From Octopus vulgaris (taxonomy: Eukaryota), in contig OX597816.1 of the NCBI GenBank assembly GCA_951406725.2, positions 45,694,001 through 45,758,000 on the forward strand: 64,000 nucleotides of DNA, written 5' to 3'. A program made the position numbers and the translations under genes. The notes under the pieces are model-generated. The model saw nothing but the letters and a program-made list of their open reading frames with translations, searched no databases and was not told where the DNA came from. Positions 50,210 through 64,000 of this stretch are shown here, one piece after another. Every line of letters starts with the position of its first letter. Position 1 is the stretch's first letter.

Positions 50210-50889
50210 TCATTACATTGTGTTCAAATCATGGAAAAAGTCAACTATATTGTTTTTGTGAGGGATCAAGAAAATAAAGTACCAGTCAAAAAGTATAATT
50301 GATTGACCCCATTCTTTACATCCATCTTTACTTTACATTCTGAGATCAAATTCCATCAAGGCTGATTTTGTCTTTCATCCTTTCAGCGTCGATAAATTCA
50401 GTACCAGTGAAAGACTGGAGTCGATGTAATCAACTAGTCCCTTTCCAACCTCCACCAAATCCAAGGCGTTATGCCTCTAGTAGAAAGGATTACCGCCGCC
50501 ATCACCACCACCATCATCATCATCATTAATAGAAAGGCAGAAAAATTGCTTTGTAGTAGTATTTATTTCTACATTCAGAGTTCAAATCCTTCCAAAGTCC
50601 AACATTGCTTTCTATCTCACCAGGGTCAATAAAATAATGTACCAGTCAACTATTAAATCAAAAACCATTATTATCATTCTTTTACATGAGGTTTTGTTGG
50701 AACTCCTGGAGTTTTGCATAAGTAGCAGACTTGCTACCTGCAGCCTAGAGCACCATGTTATTTGTTCTCTTCAACTAATACATTCCTGACGATTCTGATT
50801 GTGCCAAGGAAGCAAGCTTTTTGTTGCAACTCTACTGGGACATTCTAATCACATTTCCTTTATATTCCTCTCAATACCCTTTTAGATGA

Positions 50890-50922
<33 letters not shown>

Positions 50923-51645
50923 GACAGTGAGCTGGTACAATCATTACTGCACTGGGCAAAAAGCTATACGTTCTGAGTTCAAATTCCTTTCGGGGTCAAT
51001 AAATTAGGTACCAGTTGAGTACTGGGGTCAATATAATCAAGTCAATATACTCCCTCCCCGAAATTTCAAGCCTTGTGCCTATAATAGAAAGGATGATTAT
51101 CCTCACCATCATCATTAGGACACATGGCATAGTGGTTAAGATGTTGCACTCACAATCATGAGATCATGATTTCAATTCCTAGTACCGGGTGGCATGATGT
51201 GTTCTAGAGCAAAACACTTCAACTGATGTTGCTGTGTGATCACTTCAACACCTGACGCGTGGTACACTGAGCACCTGTTCAGGCAACGTCAATTCGATGG
51301 CAGGAGTGGGCTAATGTGCACCACATGCATTTGATCACTATAAACAAATCATCTGTGCATGTTGTTCGGCAAAGAGCTGGAAACTCATGTCATCTGCAAT
51401 GGGAGAGTCCATTATTATTATTAAGGTGGCAAACTGGCAGAATAATTACCACACTGGGTAAAATGGTTAGCAGCATTTCATCCTTCTTTACATTCTGAAT
51501 TCAAATTCCATCAAGATTGGATTTGCCTTTCATCCTTTCAAGGTCAATAAATTAAGTACCAGTCAAGCACTGGGGGTCAATATAATCGACTTGTCCTCTC
51601 CACCAAAATTTCAGGTTTTGTACCTATAGTAGAAAGGATTATTAT
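50210..51645 (+). mobile_element. Cluster of 4-5 decayed SINE family C copies plus one family F copy
   Basis: Repeated ttctgagttcaaattcc..tttcatcctttc..gtcaataaattaagtaccag..tagaaaggatt(att)n. Confidence 0.75.
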
Positions 51646-54097
51646 TTTATTTATTTTTATCAATCATCTTTAATTTATGCTTATCTAATAACCATAAACG
51701 TTACTAATAGGCTAGAAATGGAATGGATGCTGGCAGCACGCCAACATATTTGATGTGCAATTGGCACCAACTAACAACGGCACCGTGGAGGTAATACATA
51801 ACACTGACAGGAGCAACCAGTCTGCTTGCACTACTGAAAGAATGCTAACAGAGTTGAAGAGATATTTAATATCGGATGAATCTTCCTTAGCATGGAGGAA
51901 TCAATAAGATCAGCTAAGCTGCGTGAGCTATCTTCTAAGAATGGGATTCTACAAGTCATGTTGTACAAAACTCAAGTGATATTACACTATGTTTACTTTC
52001 CTGTTATGTCTATCAAGTTCCATATTTTGATTTAATTATATAAGCCAGCATGTGAATGTAACAAGACTGATGGGAGATAAGAAGAAAAAATATCCCAGGG
52101 TGCCTGCTGCAGAAAAACTGAATAGTAATGTGGAGCTCTAGCTACCGTAATTGATTTAGTATTCTTTTACCTATTTTTCTTGTTGCAGTTGTTGGACTGG
52201 GATCATGCTGGGCACAGCCTTGAAGGGTTGATGATGATCAAATCAACCCCAGTTCTCATTTTGTTTCAAAGTTTGTTAGCATAACACTCATTGCACTTCT
52301 AAGTTACGGGTCATAAATGAAGGTACCGATATTTTCAAGCAGAGCCAAAATAAAGACAGATACAGACATAGATGCACACAACAGGTTTCTGTGTAACCAT
52401 TACATTCAAAAGGCATTGGTCAACCCTAGGCAAGAAAGCACTTGCTCAAGATACTATGGAGTGGGATCAAACAAGGGACCCTCTGGTTGTGAAAAAAAGC
52501 ACACTGCCATACCTGCGTCAATAAATTTCCTCACTTTACACATAAAATATGCTGGAGATCACTGGAAATAAACGAAATGTTTCCCCACATAGCAGGAAGC
52601 TAAACTTGAAAACTCTCTTCAACCCCATTCTCATCCATAACAGCAGAAGAGCTTCATGCTTCACTAAGCTAGTAGAGCTTATGCTAATCTCTCTGTTTAT
52701 CATAATGTTGTCGTTACTATCATCACTTTACAGCTGCTTACCATGATTGCATGGACTGGATGGCTTGTTGTTGCACTCTTAGACAGTTCAAAGGATAACT
52801 TCTTAGTCTTTAGTTCCATTTTAGCTTCGTTTCTAGGAACAGATGCCCTTCATAAAATCAACTTTACCAAGTCTCCTTGGTGCATTATTTTTATAGCACC
52901 AGCACTGGGGAGGTTGTCATGTCTTCAGCAAGACTAAATGGAAGCTCTCAAACCCATACTTAATGGGTTGCACAAGGTGCATTTTACTGTGGCACCAACA
53001 CTAGAGGGGATAAGAATAAGAGTGTGCTGGATAGCAAGAAATCAGAGTACAAAGAGTCAAAACAAATACAGCAAGGCACCTTATCCTGTACCCTAACAAC
53101 TCCTTTGATACACAGCTCAGGACTGGCACTTTATTTGATCAACCATAAGGAATGGAACACATGGCAAAGTCAATCTCAGCAGAACTTGAACTCTGAATGG
53201 ATGACGTTTGAAGACACAAAGAAAGTAAGCTGGTAGAAACAAGAGAATGTCAAACCAAATGTCTCACAGGTGACAGACCTTGATTTTCATCCCTCCATAT
53301 CATCGTCATTGCTGTTCTAACATCCAATTTTTACATGCTTCCATGGGTCAGACAACATTTATTGAAGCAAATTAGCTATGGCTGGATACCCTTCTTCTCA
53401 TCATCAACACAAGGACACAAACATGTGCAATGTACTAGTAACATATTCAAAAACCATTCTGTCAACCATACCATTCTAGCGGCTTAACAAATTTGCAGCC
53501 TTGTATTAATATAAAGAATCAACATTAGAAAATAAAAAGCCACAGAAAGAAGGGAAAATTTAGCTTCTTCATGTGTGTGAGTGTGTGTGTTTGTAAACTT
53601 AAGAGAAGATAAAGCAAGCAAAAATATTAATAAACTAAATGGATGAATATAGAAACTTGCTCCCAGAACACTTCCAAATATGGTTGGTAAACACAAACCA
53701 TTTCTTTAGTCCCCTGATTTCTAGTTAAACTTTGTTCTGATTTTTTTCCCGCTCCACTTAATAATTACCGACCAGTTGCTTTCATTACCTTCTTTTGCTT
53801 TAAATGGTTTAAAGTTACAAAAAGAAATAAGAACAACAAATTAATCAACAATCTAAAGTGAAATTGAACCAACAACGACTACTACTACAGATCTGTATTC
53901 TAGGTTGCACTGAGATTCCGTAAAATAGAATAAACACGTATTTATTACTGTAAATCCTATCACAGAAACTAGCTTAAAAGATTAAAGAGCTTTATGCTTA
54001 GCCATCTGGAAAGATGGCAGAAAATATGGTGAAAGTAAGAGGTGTTGAGGAGGAGAAAGTGGATGCAGGAGATGAAAGGGAGAAGAGTGTCGTTAAA

Positions 54098-54480
54098 GAG
54101 AGGAAGAGTTGTGAGGAGAGGAAGGAGAGAGTTGTGAGGAGAGGAAGGTGAGAGTTGTGAGGAGAGGAAGGTGAGAGTTGTGAGGAGAGGAAGGTGAGAG
54201 TTGTAAGGAGAGGAAGGTGAGAGTTGTAAGGAGAGGAAGGGGAGAGTTGTAAGGAGAGGAAGGGGAGAGTTGTAAGGAGAGGAAGGAGAGAGTTGTGAGA
54301 AGAGGAAGGGGAGAGTTGTGAGGAGAGGAAGGGGAGAAGAAGGGGAGAGTTGTGAGGAGAGGAAGGGGAGAGTTGTGAGGAGAGGAATAGGAGAGTTGTA
54401 TGGAGAAGAATAGGAGAGTTGTATGGAGAGGAATAGGAGAGGAAGAAGAGAGTTGTGAGGAGAAGGAGGAGAGAAATGTG
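54098..54480. repeat. 23-bp purine-rich minisatellite, about 15 copies
   Basis: Unit gagagttgtgaggagaggaagg(t/g/a); explains ORFs 53969..54697 and 54093..54707. Confidence 0.93.
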
Positions 54481-55559
54481 AGAAGAAAACGAAGACGTGG
54501 AAGATAATTACATGGAGAGAAAATTGAATGTAGAAAGAAGAGATATAGGAGGGAGAAATACAAGATGAAAATATAATTGAGTAAAGAGAATAAAAAGAGG
54601 GCAGGCAATAATGGGGAGGGATGAAGAGGAGCAGAGAAGAAAGGGAAGAGAGAAGAGAAGTGTAACGGGAAGGAAGGCATGACAACAAAATGATCAACTA
54701 GGGACATACAAAATCATGAAAAATGGCTGCAAAGAAGCGAAAAACGACACATGCATACATACCCCCCCCCCCAACACACACACACACAGAAGGCGGGGGG
54801 GGGGGTAAAAATAGAAAAAGAGCATAGAAAAAAAATGTGGAGTGCAAGAGATGTAGCTGACATAGAAATAATTCTATCGTGGACAAGAACTCCTCTCTAC
54901 AACATTGTGAACTCCCGTTGAAATAATCTACATCTAGCTTCACTGCAGGGCATTTTCTTCATTTTATGTCAACTGGAAATCACTACAAATTCAAAACATT
55001 CTCACAGTACCACTCATTTCACCTGGCGGTGGACATTGGCAATGATGTCACAGAACAATGTCTAGTTTCTTTTCTTCTACCTCTTAACAGCACCCTTTTT
55101 TTTTTTCCTTCCTGCAGCCATGCAGGGACCAATTCCATTTAACTACTTTCCAAGGATTTGTCCCTCATTCCCAACTGTCTCTGCTAAGTCTGAAATGAAC
55201 CATTGTAAGTTTCCGCCCCCTACAGTTCACCAATTGCTGTTCTGCTACTCTTCCAATGTCAAATGCCAGCCAGTTAGGACGTTATGGTTCTGGCAACAAA
55301 ACTTGTTCCACGTCTAACAGGAATACACTACACCATGTTTCTCAACCATTTTTGGCATATGGACCATTTTGATATCTACTTTACTCTAATGGACCTCCAC
55401 AGCCATAGAAACCATGCCAAATCAGACTGGAACTTGGTCCAGCTAACCAGTTTCATTTAAATTGTCTAACCCATGCCAGCATGGAAAGCAAATGCTAAAT
55501 GATGATGAAATATGAGAAATAATATTGAAAAACTTAAAATATTTTGTGTAAGAATAAAG

Positions 55560-55884
55560 ATTCATTTCAGTCATGAATGACCATGGGATTGCACCTAGAA
55601 AGCTACCCTCCAAGGCACAAGTCCAGGTAAGGTTGTTTATAGAAGACCAGCAGTCTCCCATGCAATACCTACCCTCTCCAAGCCACCAATGTTATCCATA
55701 GGAAAGGTAAAGGCCAATATAGCATGGCACAAGTGATGCTGCAACTCTTTTCTACAGCTGAGTGAACTGGAGAAATGTGAAATAAAGTGGTTTGCTCAGG
55801 AACACAATACACAGTCTGGTCCAGGAATTGAAGTCACTACCTCGTGATTATGAGCCCAATACTCTAACCACTGAGCCATGTGCC
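55560..55884 (-). mobile_element. SINE family E, decayed
   Basis: Collinear with 4283-4616. Confidence 0.85.
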
Positions 55885-56069
55885 TATTTTGTGTATTGCA
55901 GAAGTATAAGCAATCTACTTATGAATTTTAACAACAAAATCTTATGTGGATCCCTAAGGTCTATGTGGAACCTGGTTAAGAACTACTGCTCTACACGGTC
56001 ATCTTCATGTCTCACATGACACCCAAACCTAAGTCCTTTGCAAATACAAGTTTGTGTGATCAAGTGAAA

Positions 56070-56375
56070 ACATGTAGCTTATTGGTTAGGGTATTTAGCT
56101 CATGATCATAATATTATGGGCTCAATTCCCAGGGTGTCTGAGCAAGAGACTTTATTTCACATTGCTCCATTTCACTCAGATGGCAAAAATGAGCAGTACC
56201 AGTTTTTTCAAAGAGCCAGCCTTGTCACATTCTGTGTCATGCTGAATCTTCCTGAGAACTACATTAACAATATGCATGTCTGTGGAGTACTCAGCCACTT
56301 GTAAGTTAATTTCTCAAGCAGGTTGTTCCATTGATCAGATCAAGTGGAACACTTGTCATAACCGATAGGGTACCA
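56070..56375 (+). mobile_element. CORE-like SINE family G; minus-strand copy at 62780-63070
   Basis: gagcaagagactttatttcacattgctcc..ggcaaaaatgag..gtcacattctgtg..ctgaatct shared with the 62.8-kb copy. Confidence 0.7.
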
Positions 56376-56537
56376 ACATCTGCTTTTCCATGCTTGCATG
56401 GGTTGAACCTAGTTTATTGAAGCAGGCTTCATGCCCTTTCTGTCACTAACACTCACCTGTTTTCAAACAAGACAATATTTCCTTCATGGCCAGAAATGCT
56501 CCACATAATACTACAAATGAATGACAATGCTTATATA

Positions 56538-56978
56538 GGCGCAGGAGTGGCTGTGTGGCAAGTAGCTTGCTAACCAACCACATTGTTACATGGTTCCGGG
56601 TTCAATCCCACTGTGTGGCATCTTGGGCAAGTGTCTTCTGCTATAGCCCCGGGCCGACCAATGCCTTGTGAGTGGATTTGGTAGACGGAAACTGAAAGAA
56701 GCCTGTCGTATATATGTATATGTATGTATATGTATGTATATATATATATATATATGTATGTATGTGTGTGTATGTTTGTGTGTCTGTGTTTGTCCCCCTA
56801 GCATTGCTCGACAACCGATGCTGGTATTTTTACGTCCCCGTCACTTAGCAGTTTGGCAAAAGAGACCGATAAAATAAGTACTGGGCTTACAAAGAATAAG
56901 TCCCGGGGTCGATTTGCTCGACTAAAGGCGGTGTTCCAGCATGGTCGCAGTCAAATGACTGAAACAAGTAAAAGAGAG
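56538..56978 (+). mobile_element. SINE family A, full length (reference copy)
   Basis: ggcgcaggagTGGCTGTGTGG..GGTTCAATCCC head, internal TA/TG microsatellite, tail aaggcggtgttccagcatggtcgcagtcaaatgactgaaacaagtaaaaga. Confidence 0.92.
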
Positions 56979-58294
56979 AATATAACAGTCATTTGCAACT
57001 ATTAAGTGATGCCAACACATGAAGACGCAAACATGCACACACACATTATGACATCATTTGAGCAAAAATAAATGAATAAATAAATAAAAGTGATGTGCTT
57101 ACATCTCCAGTGAACAGTATGGCCTGTAGCTTTGCACTTTCAAAGTTTAGTGGAAGGATAAATCCCTTGATAGAAAAATAGACAAGGGCTAACAACAGGA
57201 AGAGTATCCAGCCATAAATTTCTGCTTCAAATATGTAACCAGCCAACCCATGCCAGCATAGAAAAACAGATGTAAAATGGATCATCACCATTATTTTAAT
57301 GGACACTTTTCCATGCCCACATAGGTCAAATGGAATTTGTCGAGGAGGATCTATGGCTAGATGCTGTTCCTGTCACCAACCTTCACCTGTTTCCTAATAA
57401 GGTAATATTTCCCCCATGACCAGGCATGTCTTCAAGGGAAGACTGGAAACAAAGGACACCACTTGCATGAGGATGCCTCTCAGAACTATTATGCAATGTC
57501 AAGGCAAGAACACAGTAAATCACATACACACACAACACTTCCACATATACAATCTCTCCTGTCCAAAGCTCCGTTCACTTTGGTGAGTGGAAAAGAAGTG
57601 CTGCCTTCTAGGTGGTATTAACATGCGCGCACACACACGCACACGCACACACACACACACACACACGACAGGTTCTGTTGCTTCCTTTCAACCAAATTCA
57701 CTCTCAAAAGTTTTGATTGGCATATGTGTTCTTTCTTTCCTGAGATCACAGGGTCCAATTTGAGAGAGACTGAGCTGTGATTTCTAGCAGGTCAAGTAAT
57801 ATATCCAGAGGTTCTAACATTGATGTGCTTCTCTTGTAAAGCATGTACTGTGTGTGTGTGCGTGTGTTGTACACATGCACCTGTGTGTGCACACATAGCA
57901 ACAAATATTCAATGAACACCAAAATGCACACTTTTCACATGGACATTTCATGTTTGGTGCAGTATATCTGTCTGCACAATGCAACACCCCAACACACAAT
58001 TTTTCCAACCCTCTCTTTCTCTATCTCTCTCTATTCTATATCCTTTCACTTCCAGTGTTCCCCCTGTGTTCCTTTTTTTCTCTCTTCCTTTCATTGTTAC
58101 CAGTCCATTTATCTGTAGCTACTTTCACTTTCTCACTTCCTTTCATAATTCTTCTAGTTAAAAACCATCTCTTAAAGCTGCAGGAATGAACATGCTAGCA
58201 GAGAGGAGGAAATTTTTTACACAAATGGAAGATGGTGAACATCAAACAAATGGACAATAGGCAAGGTGAAATGTGTGAAAAAGAGAGGGGGAAA

Positions 58295-58325
<31 letters not shown>

Positions 58326-59059
58326 ACAAGAGAAGAAGTAAGAGAGGGTAAAAGTTACTGAAAAGAGAAACTGAAAGGAAGGAGGAGTGGCAAGAGAAAA
58401 ACACATTTAACAATATAGTTTCTGTAGGTGACCCTCCCCACTTAACATTAATAACCACCATCATAGAGCTGAAGTGTGAATTGGTTTCAAAATAAGAAAC
58501 TGAAAAATTAAGCAGAAAAGATTTCAAGTTTCCATCCTAAATTTCTATTTGAAATTTATTATAAAAAAAGATATGATATTCAACACACACATTACGCATG
58601 TACTTCACTGTCAAGATACAAACATGTCATTCACATATATATATATACATACACATATATACATACATATATACAATAAAAAAAAACTTTATATTCATAT
58701 ATATATATATGCATAATAACACATTTTTTTATAATAAAATTCATATAAAAATTTAGGATGGAGGCTGAAAAATCTTCTCTCTTTACACACACACATTATA
58801 CATATATATACACACACACACACTTAAAGAAAAAGAATAACAAACACATAGGGAAAAAATGCAAGACAAAAAGAGAAAAAAGTTGAAAGAGAACAGCGTG
58901 AGTGTTTTAGTTGTGACATAATAGAAGGGTGGAAAAGGAATACAACAGCAACAACAATATTCCAAGAGTCTAACAGTGAATTCTATGTGAAAAACACAGC
59001 AACAGATTTCTTAATATTGATTGATTGACTCTTTCACTGAAGACTTGAAAGCTTTAAAG

Positions 59060-59860
59060 ACAAAATATCACAGCAGAGGAAAAAGTCGGATGATGATAAA
59101 GAATGGGAGAAGGGGGGAAGAGGAGAGCGAAACAGAAGGGGGAGGAGGAGGAGAGAAAGACTAGGAGAAGATGGTAAAAAGAAAAGAGAAAGATAAGGGA
59201 ATGAAAGTAGAGGAGAAGATAAGTGAGGATAGAAAAAAAGGGGGAAAGAAAAGGAGAAACTGAAGAAAAAAAAAGGAGAAAGAAACCGAAGGGAAAAACA
59301 AGGTGAAAGAAAGAAGAAACTAGGGGAGACAGTAGGGAGGATTTGGAGGGAAGAACTTAGTGGAAAGGAAGGAAAAGACCCAGGGAGAGAGAATAGGACC
59401 TGGGGGATTGGAGAGAGAGAAAAAGAGAGATTTAGGACAGAAGAAAGAGGTCTTAGAGGGGAAAAGGATTTGTAGGGAAGAACTTAGGGAAGAGGTCTTA
59501 TGGCAATGAGGAACAGAAGGGGGGGGTAGAGAAAAGCCAAGCAGGTAGCAGGTTGGAGAGAAGTACTAAGGAGAAATGAAGGACCAAGGACAGACCAAGA
59601 CAAGGATCAAGGACACAATGATAGAAAGACATAAAATGGAAGTGAATATGGTAAAGGATGAGACAAGTGTGTAATGGTGGGAAACGAAAGACAATGGGAT
59701 AAGGTGAAAAAGAGAGGACAGAGAAAGAGAAAATAGAGAGAGGAAGACAGAAACTAAAATAGAGCGAAGAAATAGAACAAAGAAAGAAGAAACAAAGGAA
59801 AGAATGGTGAAACAAATAAATCATATAAAAGTAAAGAATAAAGAAAATGCACAAGAATAT
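59060..59860. repeat. Long G/A-rich low-complexity tract
   Basis: Strong purine bias on the plus strand. Confidence 0.8.
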
Positions 59861-60844
59861 AGTGAAACAGAGATCAATTGTAAAGATTCTAATGTAATTT
59901 ATTCTCTGAAGTGTCCAACTGTAGCGAGTTTGGTAAATATAAAAGCTATGGAAGAATGGATACCAACAGCTTAATGCTTAATGCTGAACCTTTCTGCAAG
60001 TGACCTTGAAGTTGATGTAGCAACAATTCCTTTGTGTCCCAGAAAAATAGGTGAGAAGTAAAAATTCGCCCACACTAAAGACACAAGAAATCAATTAATC
60101 TATATTTTTGTTCCAGACGCCAAGCAAAAAAAAAAAAAAAAAAAAAAAACTAGTACAAATACTAATCTTACTGTTATCCATTGCAACTACCTGTGACTGA
60201 TTCTTAATGAATGACTTATTTAGATCAAAGATATGAGAAACACCTTCTTCTTGGCAAGGAAAACAAGATTGGAGAGACAGAATATAGATGAGAGAATACA
60301 CAGAACACACATGTGTATATGTTTGCATGTGGAATTAGGCTTAGAAATTCATAAGTCACTATATGTATTCATTAGGTTTGATACACACTTCTAATATATA
60401 AACATGTACATTATATGTATATGCACATACATGCAAACATGGCAGGAACGTAGTGCTAAAGGCGGAAGCAGTGTGGTTTTTGAAATTGCCAAAAATACAC
60501 CACATAGTTACCGTAAACATTATCACATTTATCATGTTTAATGGCAATGTTCAGCAGGATTTAGCTTATGTATGGTGAGTGCTTTCTCATTCTGAAGATA
60601 AACCTATGAACAAAAAACTACAAACATGTGTATCCATGCTTACTCAAAGTTCTACTAATATATCAACATCTTTATGTCTTAGCCTTTATGTCTAAGAGTG
60701 TGTGTGTGTGTGTGTGTACACACACATGCATGCACACACATGTATGCATGTGTATTTTTAAGTTGGTATATGTGAATTAATACGTACAATAGTAAAAGTG
60801 TGTGTACTCATAAACATATCCCTCCACATAACACAATTTCTTAG

Positions 60845-62110
60845 TTTAGGGCAAACCACTAAACCCAGCATTCATTAATCTTGAGAAGGCCTTTGACAGA
60901 GTACTGCATGCTGCAGTTTTTTTGAGGATGGTTGGGTGGGAGGCCAAGAAAACCAAATGCAGATAAATGGCTTGTGAGAGCTATGCAAGCTATGTACAAA
61001 GATGCTGTCAGTAAGGTGAGAGTTAGGAATGAGTTCATCGTAATAATTTAGCATATAAATAACTGTCCATCAGGGCTCAGTTATCAAACCCCTCTTGTGA
61101 ATTGTAGTTCTCCAGCTCATAACAGAGAATGAAACTGATGTCTAGGACAACATTTGCATGCTGATGAGCTAGTTCTTGTAGCTAAATGTGTTAAAGAAAT
61201 AATGAAGAAATGCCAGGAAGCAAAACTTAGAATCAAGAAGTCTTTTGATACCAACCATCCCATGACAGCCTTTTGGTATGATACAAACTTCAGGTTTTAA
61301 ATGATCAAAATTAAAACTCATCAAAATTTCATGCTAAGTTATGTTTCAAACACCGACTAAAAAAGGACAAATTTTTCATTATTTGAAAATTAACTGAAAC
61401 AAAAGCAGTATATTCCTAAAGAAATATGGTAACAAAAGGGGGGGGGGTCAAGGATGAAGCAAACCAAGTAAAGACAACAGCTTCCATTAGAAAGAAAGAA
61501 GAGAAGTTTCTGCTGTCATCTGGGAAGTGGCCCTGCTCAATATGCAGAAAAAGTGTAAAGGAGTGGGTAAAAATTCTGCACAGAGTAGTTAGTGCAAACT
61601 ACAAGTGCATAAGAGCTGAAATAGGATCACAACCAGGAATTTGTATGTAGCAGATGCATGGGAATAGTTAGCAGGAAGAACAACTGTGAAATAAACTATT
61701 TCATATGCTCAAAAGGATCCATAGAAATGGTTGATAGCTTCTGTTATCTAGGTGGTAATTATCAGCATGGAAAGGTGATCTGAAAGAATAGTAGTCACAT
61801 TAAGCAGAAGGTGATGTAGGTTCATGGGGCTATTAACTTTCCTGACAATAAAGGGATTCTCTCTCTCCAACAGAAGAGCAAATTGTATAATGCATGTGTA
61901 TCAAGTGTAATATTGCACAGTTATTGAATATGTGAGATATGCTATTGAATACAGAAAGATGCAAGTCAAATGTTCTTCTGTTGAATGTGCAATGTTAGTG
62001 TAAATGAAACATGGAACACAATGAGGATGAGAGAAAAACAGTACAAGAGGGATCAGATGTAGTGCACAAGAAAACAGTACTGGTATGGACAAGTGGAAGA
62101 TGGCAGTTGG
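60845..62110 (+). mobile_element. Degenerate RTE-clade LINE, reverse transcriptase region
   Basis: AFINLEKAFDRV, WLVRAMQAMYKDAVSKVRV, VHQGSVIKPLL, LHADELVLVA (degenerate YADD), SGKWPCSICRK and IEMVDSFCYLG, with many stops and frameshifts. Confidence 0.88.
61242..61440. mobile_element. Probable TTAA-type MITE remnant inside the RTE
   Basis: Ends cttttgatacca ... tggtaacaaaag are inverted repeats; AT-rich interior interrupts the RT sequence; TTAA sites not preserved. Confidence 0.5.
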
Positions 62111-63091
62111 AAAGAAAAAAAGTGCTAAGCAGCAACATCTGAGAACAATTTCAGCAGTAACCAAAAACTGAACACCAAGTCCAGCAGCGCAAGCTACAGT
62201 GATTTGCCTATCTTCAGCAGGATGAGTACCAAAAGACTACCACACCAACTTTTGTGGCAGCAGCAACCCAAGCACTACAGAATCCAGTGCAGCGCACCAA
62301 AGACATAGGCAAAACAAATTGAGGAAGAGCTGAAGTACTTATGAAGTTACGGATGACATAAACAAACCGATACCAGTTTCCAAGCACTGGTCACAAACAG
62401 TCTCTTTCTGTCAAATCTAGGCTTTAGTCAGCCCAAGGCTATATAGTAGGAGATACTTGCCCAAGATGCCATGCAGTGAAACCATATAATTGGGAAGCTG
62501 CATGTGGTTGTCCATGTAGCTGGGAAGCTGCATGTAATTTCAAGCAGACATAGATAACCTCTAAATTCTCTCTACCACTCAACACAATGGAATATCAAGG
62601 AAGTGACAGTTGAGAGGGCTGTACTCATTTCTACTGAATAGACTGGAGCCACACAAAATGAAATGTCTTGCTCAAGGACACAAACTATCTACTCCAAGAA
62701 TTAAACACACAACACCCTAACCACCAGGCCACATGTCTTCATAACACATACATGGCACTAGATTATTTACAAATAACAAAGGTTTCAGTTGACCCAATCA
62801 ATGGAACAGTCTGCTCATGAAATTAATGTGGGAGTGGCCGAGCACTCTATAGACACATGTAACATTAATGTGGTTCTCAGAGAGATTCAGTAAGGCACAG
62901 AATGTGACAAAGCTGGCCCTTCGAAATACAGGTACTACTCATTTTTGCCAGCTGAGTGAACTGGAGCAATGTGAAATAAAGTGTCTTGCTCAAGGACACA
63001 ATGCAATGTCTATATGAAACGCAGGACCTTACAATCATGAAATGAATACCCTAACCAGTAAGCCAAGCATTGTCACAACATATATGCAAGT

Positions 63092-63394
63092 GGAGGCACA
63101 TGGCCTAGTGGTTAGAGCAGCGGGCTCGCAGTCGAGGGATCGCCAGTTCGAATCTCAGACCGGTGATGTGTGTATTTATGAGCGAAACACCTAATCTCCA
63201 TGCAGTTCTGGCAGAAGGTAATGGCAAAGTTCTGCTGACTCTTTCGCCACAACTTTCTCTCACTCTTTCCTCCTGCATCTTGCAGCTCACCAGCGACGGA
63301 CCGACGTCCCATCCAGGTGGGGAACCTATACGCCAAGGAAACTGGGAAACTGGCCCTTATGAGCCAGGCATGGCTTGAGAAGGAACAAACAAAC
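63092..63394 (+). mobile_element. tRNA-headed SINE, family D-related, with a different tail
   Basis: ggaggcacaTGGCCTAGTGG..AGTTCGAATCT head; gagcgaaacacctaa and ctctttcgccacaactttctctcactcttt shared with 20761-21046; ends (aaca)n. Confidence 0.85.
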
Positions 63395-63738
63395 AACATA
63401 CATGCAATTACACACAGACACACACAGAGGCACCTTTATAGGTATAAATATCATTTAACGTCCATGTTTTCACGCTGGCATGGGTTGGAAGGTTTGACAA
63501 AGATCCAAAGAGTTAAAGGACTGCATCATACTCCTGTGTCTACTTTGGCATGGTTTCTGCAGGTGGATGCCCTTCCTAATGCCAACCACTTTACAGTGTG
63601 TAGTGGGTGCTTTTTTTTTTCATACCACCAGCACTACTGGGGTCACCATGTAACTAGCAAGTCAAAACACACACATACACATCCTGTGCAGCTGGTACCA
63701 GTATGGAAAATAAATATTAAATATTGATGATCACACAC

Positions 63739-63772
<34 letters not shown>

Positions 63773-64000
63773 CACAAAGAGAATCAAAAGAAGAAAACAG
63801 GAACATCTGCAACAAATTAAGCTTTTATCAAAATGATAATGTGGATAAACTTGTCTAATTTTGTGGAAACCATTTTCAGAAACTATAATTTAATAAAAAA
63901 ATATCTAACATAGGTAATGTTTCTGTGGCACAATTTACTTGACCTAATCAATCCAATATAATATATATATAATTACTGACTTGAAAGAAACTAGTTTAGG

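Noticed and set aside
53969-54707. 242-aa and 204-aa Leu/Ser/Pro-rich ORFs
   Set aside because: Translations of the 23-bp pyrimidine-strand minisatellite; unit length is not a multiple of 3.
57960-58002. Minus-strand GWKN resembling forkhead GWKNSVRHNLS
   Set aside because: Continues CVLGCC instead of SVRHNLSL; chance match.

Overview
AT-rich, microsatellite- and transposon-dense eukaryotic DNA. The SINE families and the (TA)n/(CA)n load point to an octopus (coleoid cephalopod) genome; this is inference, not a database result. Two protein-coding features are supportable. (1) A 152-bp minus-strand exon (35212-35363), absent from the ORF track, encodes the end of a FoxN2/3 forkhead domain ([29 protein letters not shown]). 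No other FoxN exon was found, so the rest of the window is probably two very long introns of this gene. (2) A 488-aa plus-strand ORF (23396-24862) has no family I recognise and carries a tryptophan-rich ~48-aa internal repeat. It lies antisense inside the presumed FoxN2/3 intron, within a ~7-kb CpG-retaining island. The remainder is tRNA-derived SINEs of several families, mariner, maT, hAT, TTAA and Helitron non-autonomous elements, CR1, RTE and Gypsy remnants, Penelope-like termini with decayed minimal hammerhead ribozymes, and tandem arrays, including a young compound 155-bp x6 plus 404-bp x2.2 array. Nearly all other ORFs in the track are microsatellite or repeat artefacts. Repeat boundaries were read by eye and are approximate unless TIRs or TSDs are quoted.
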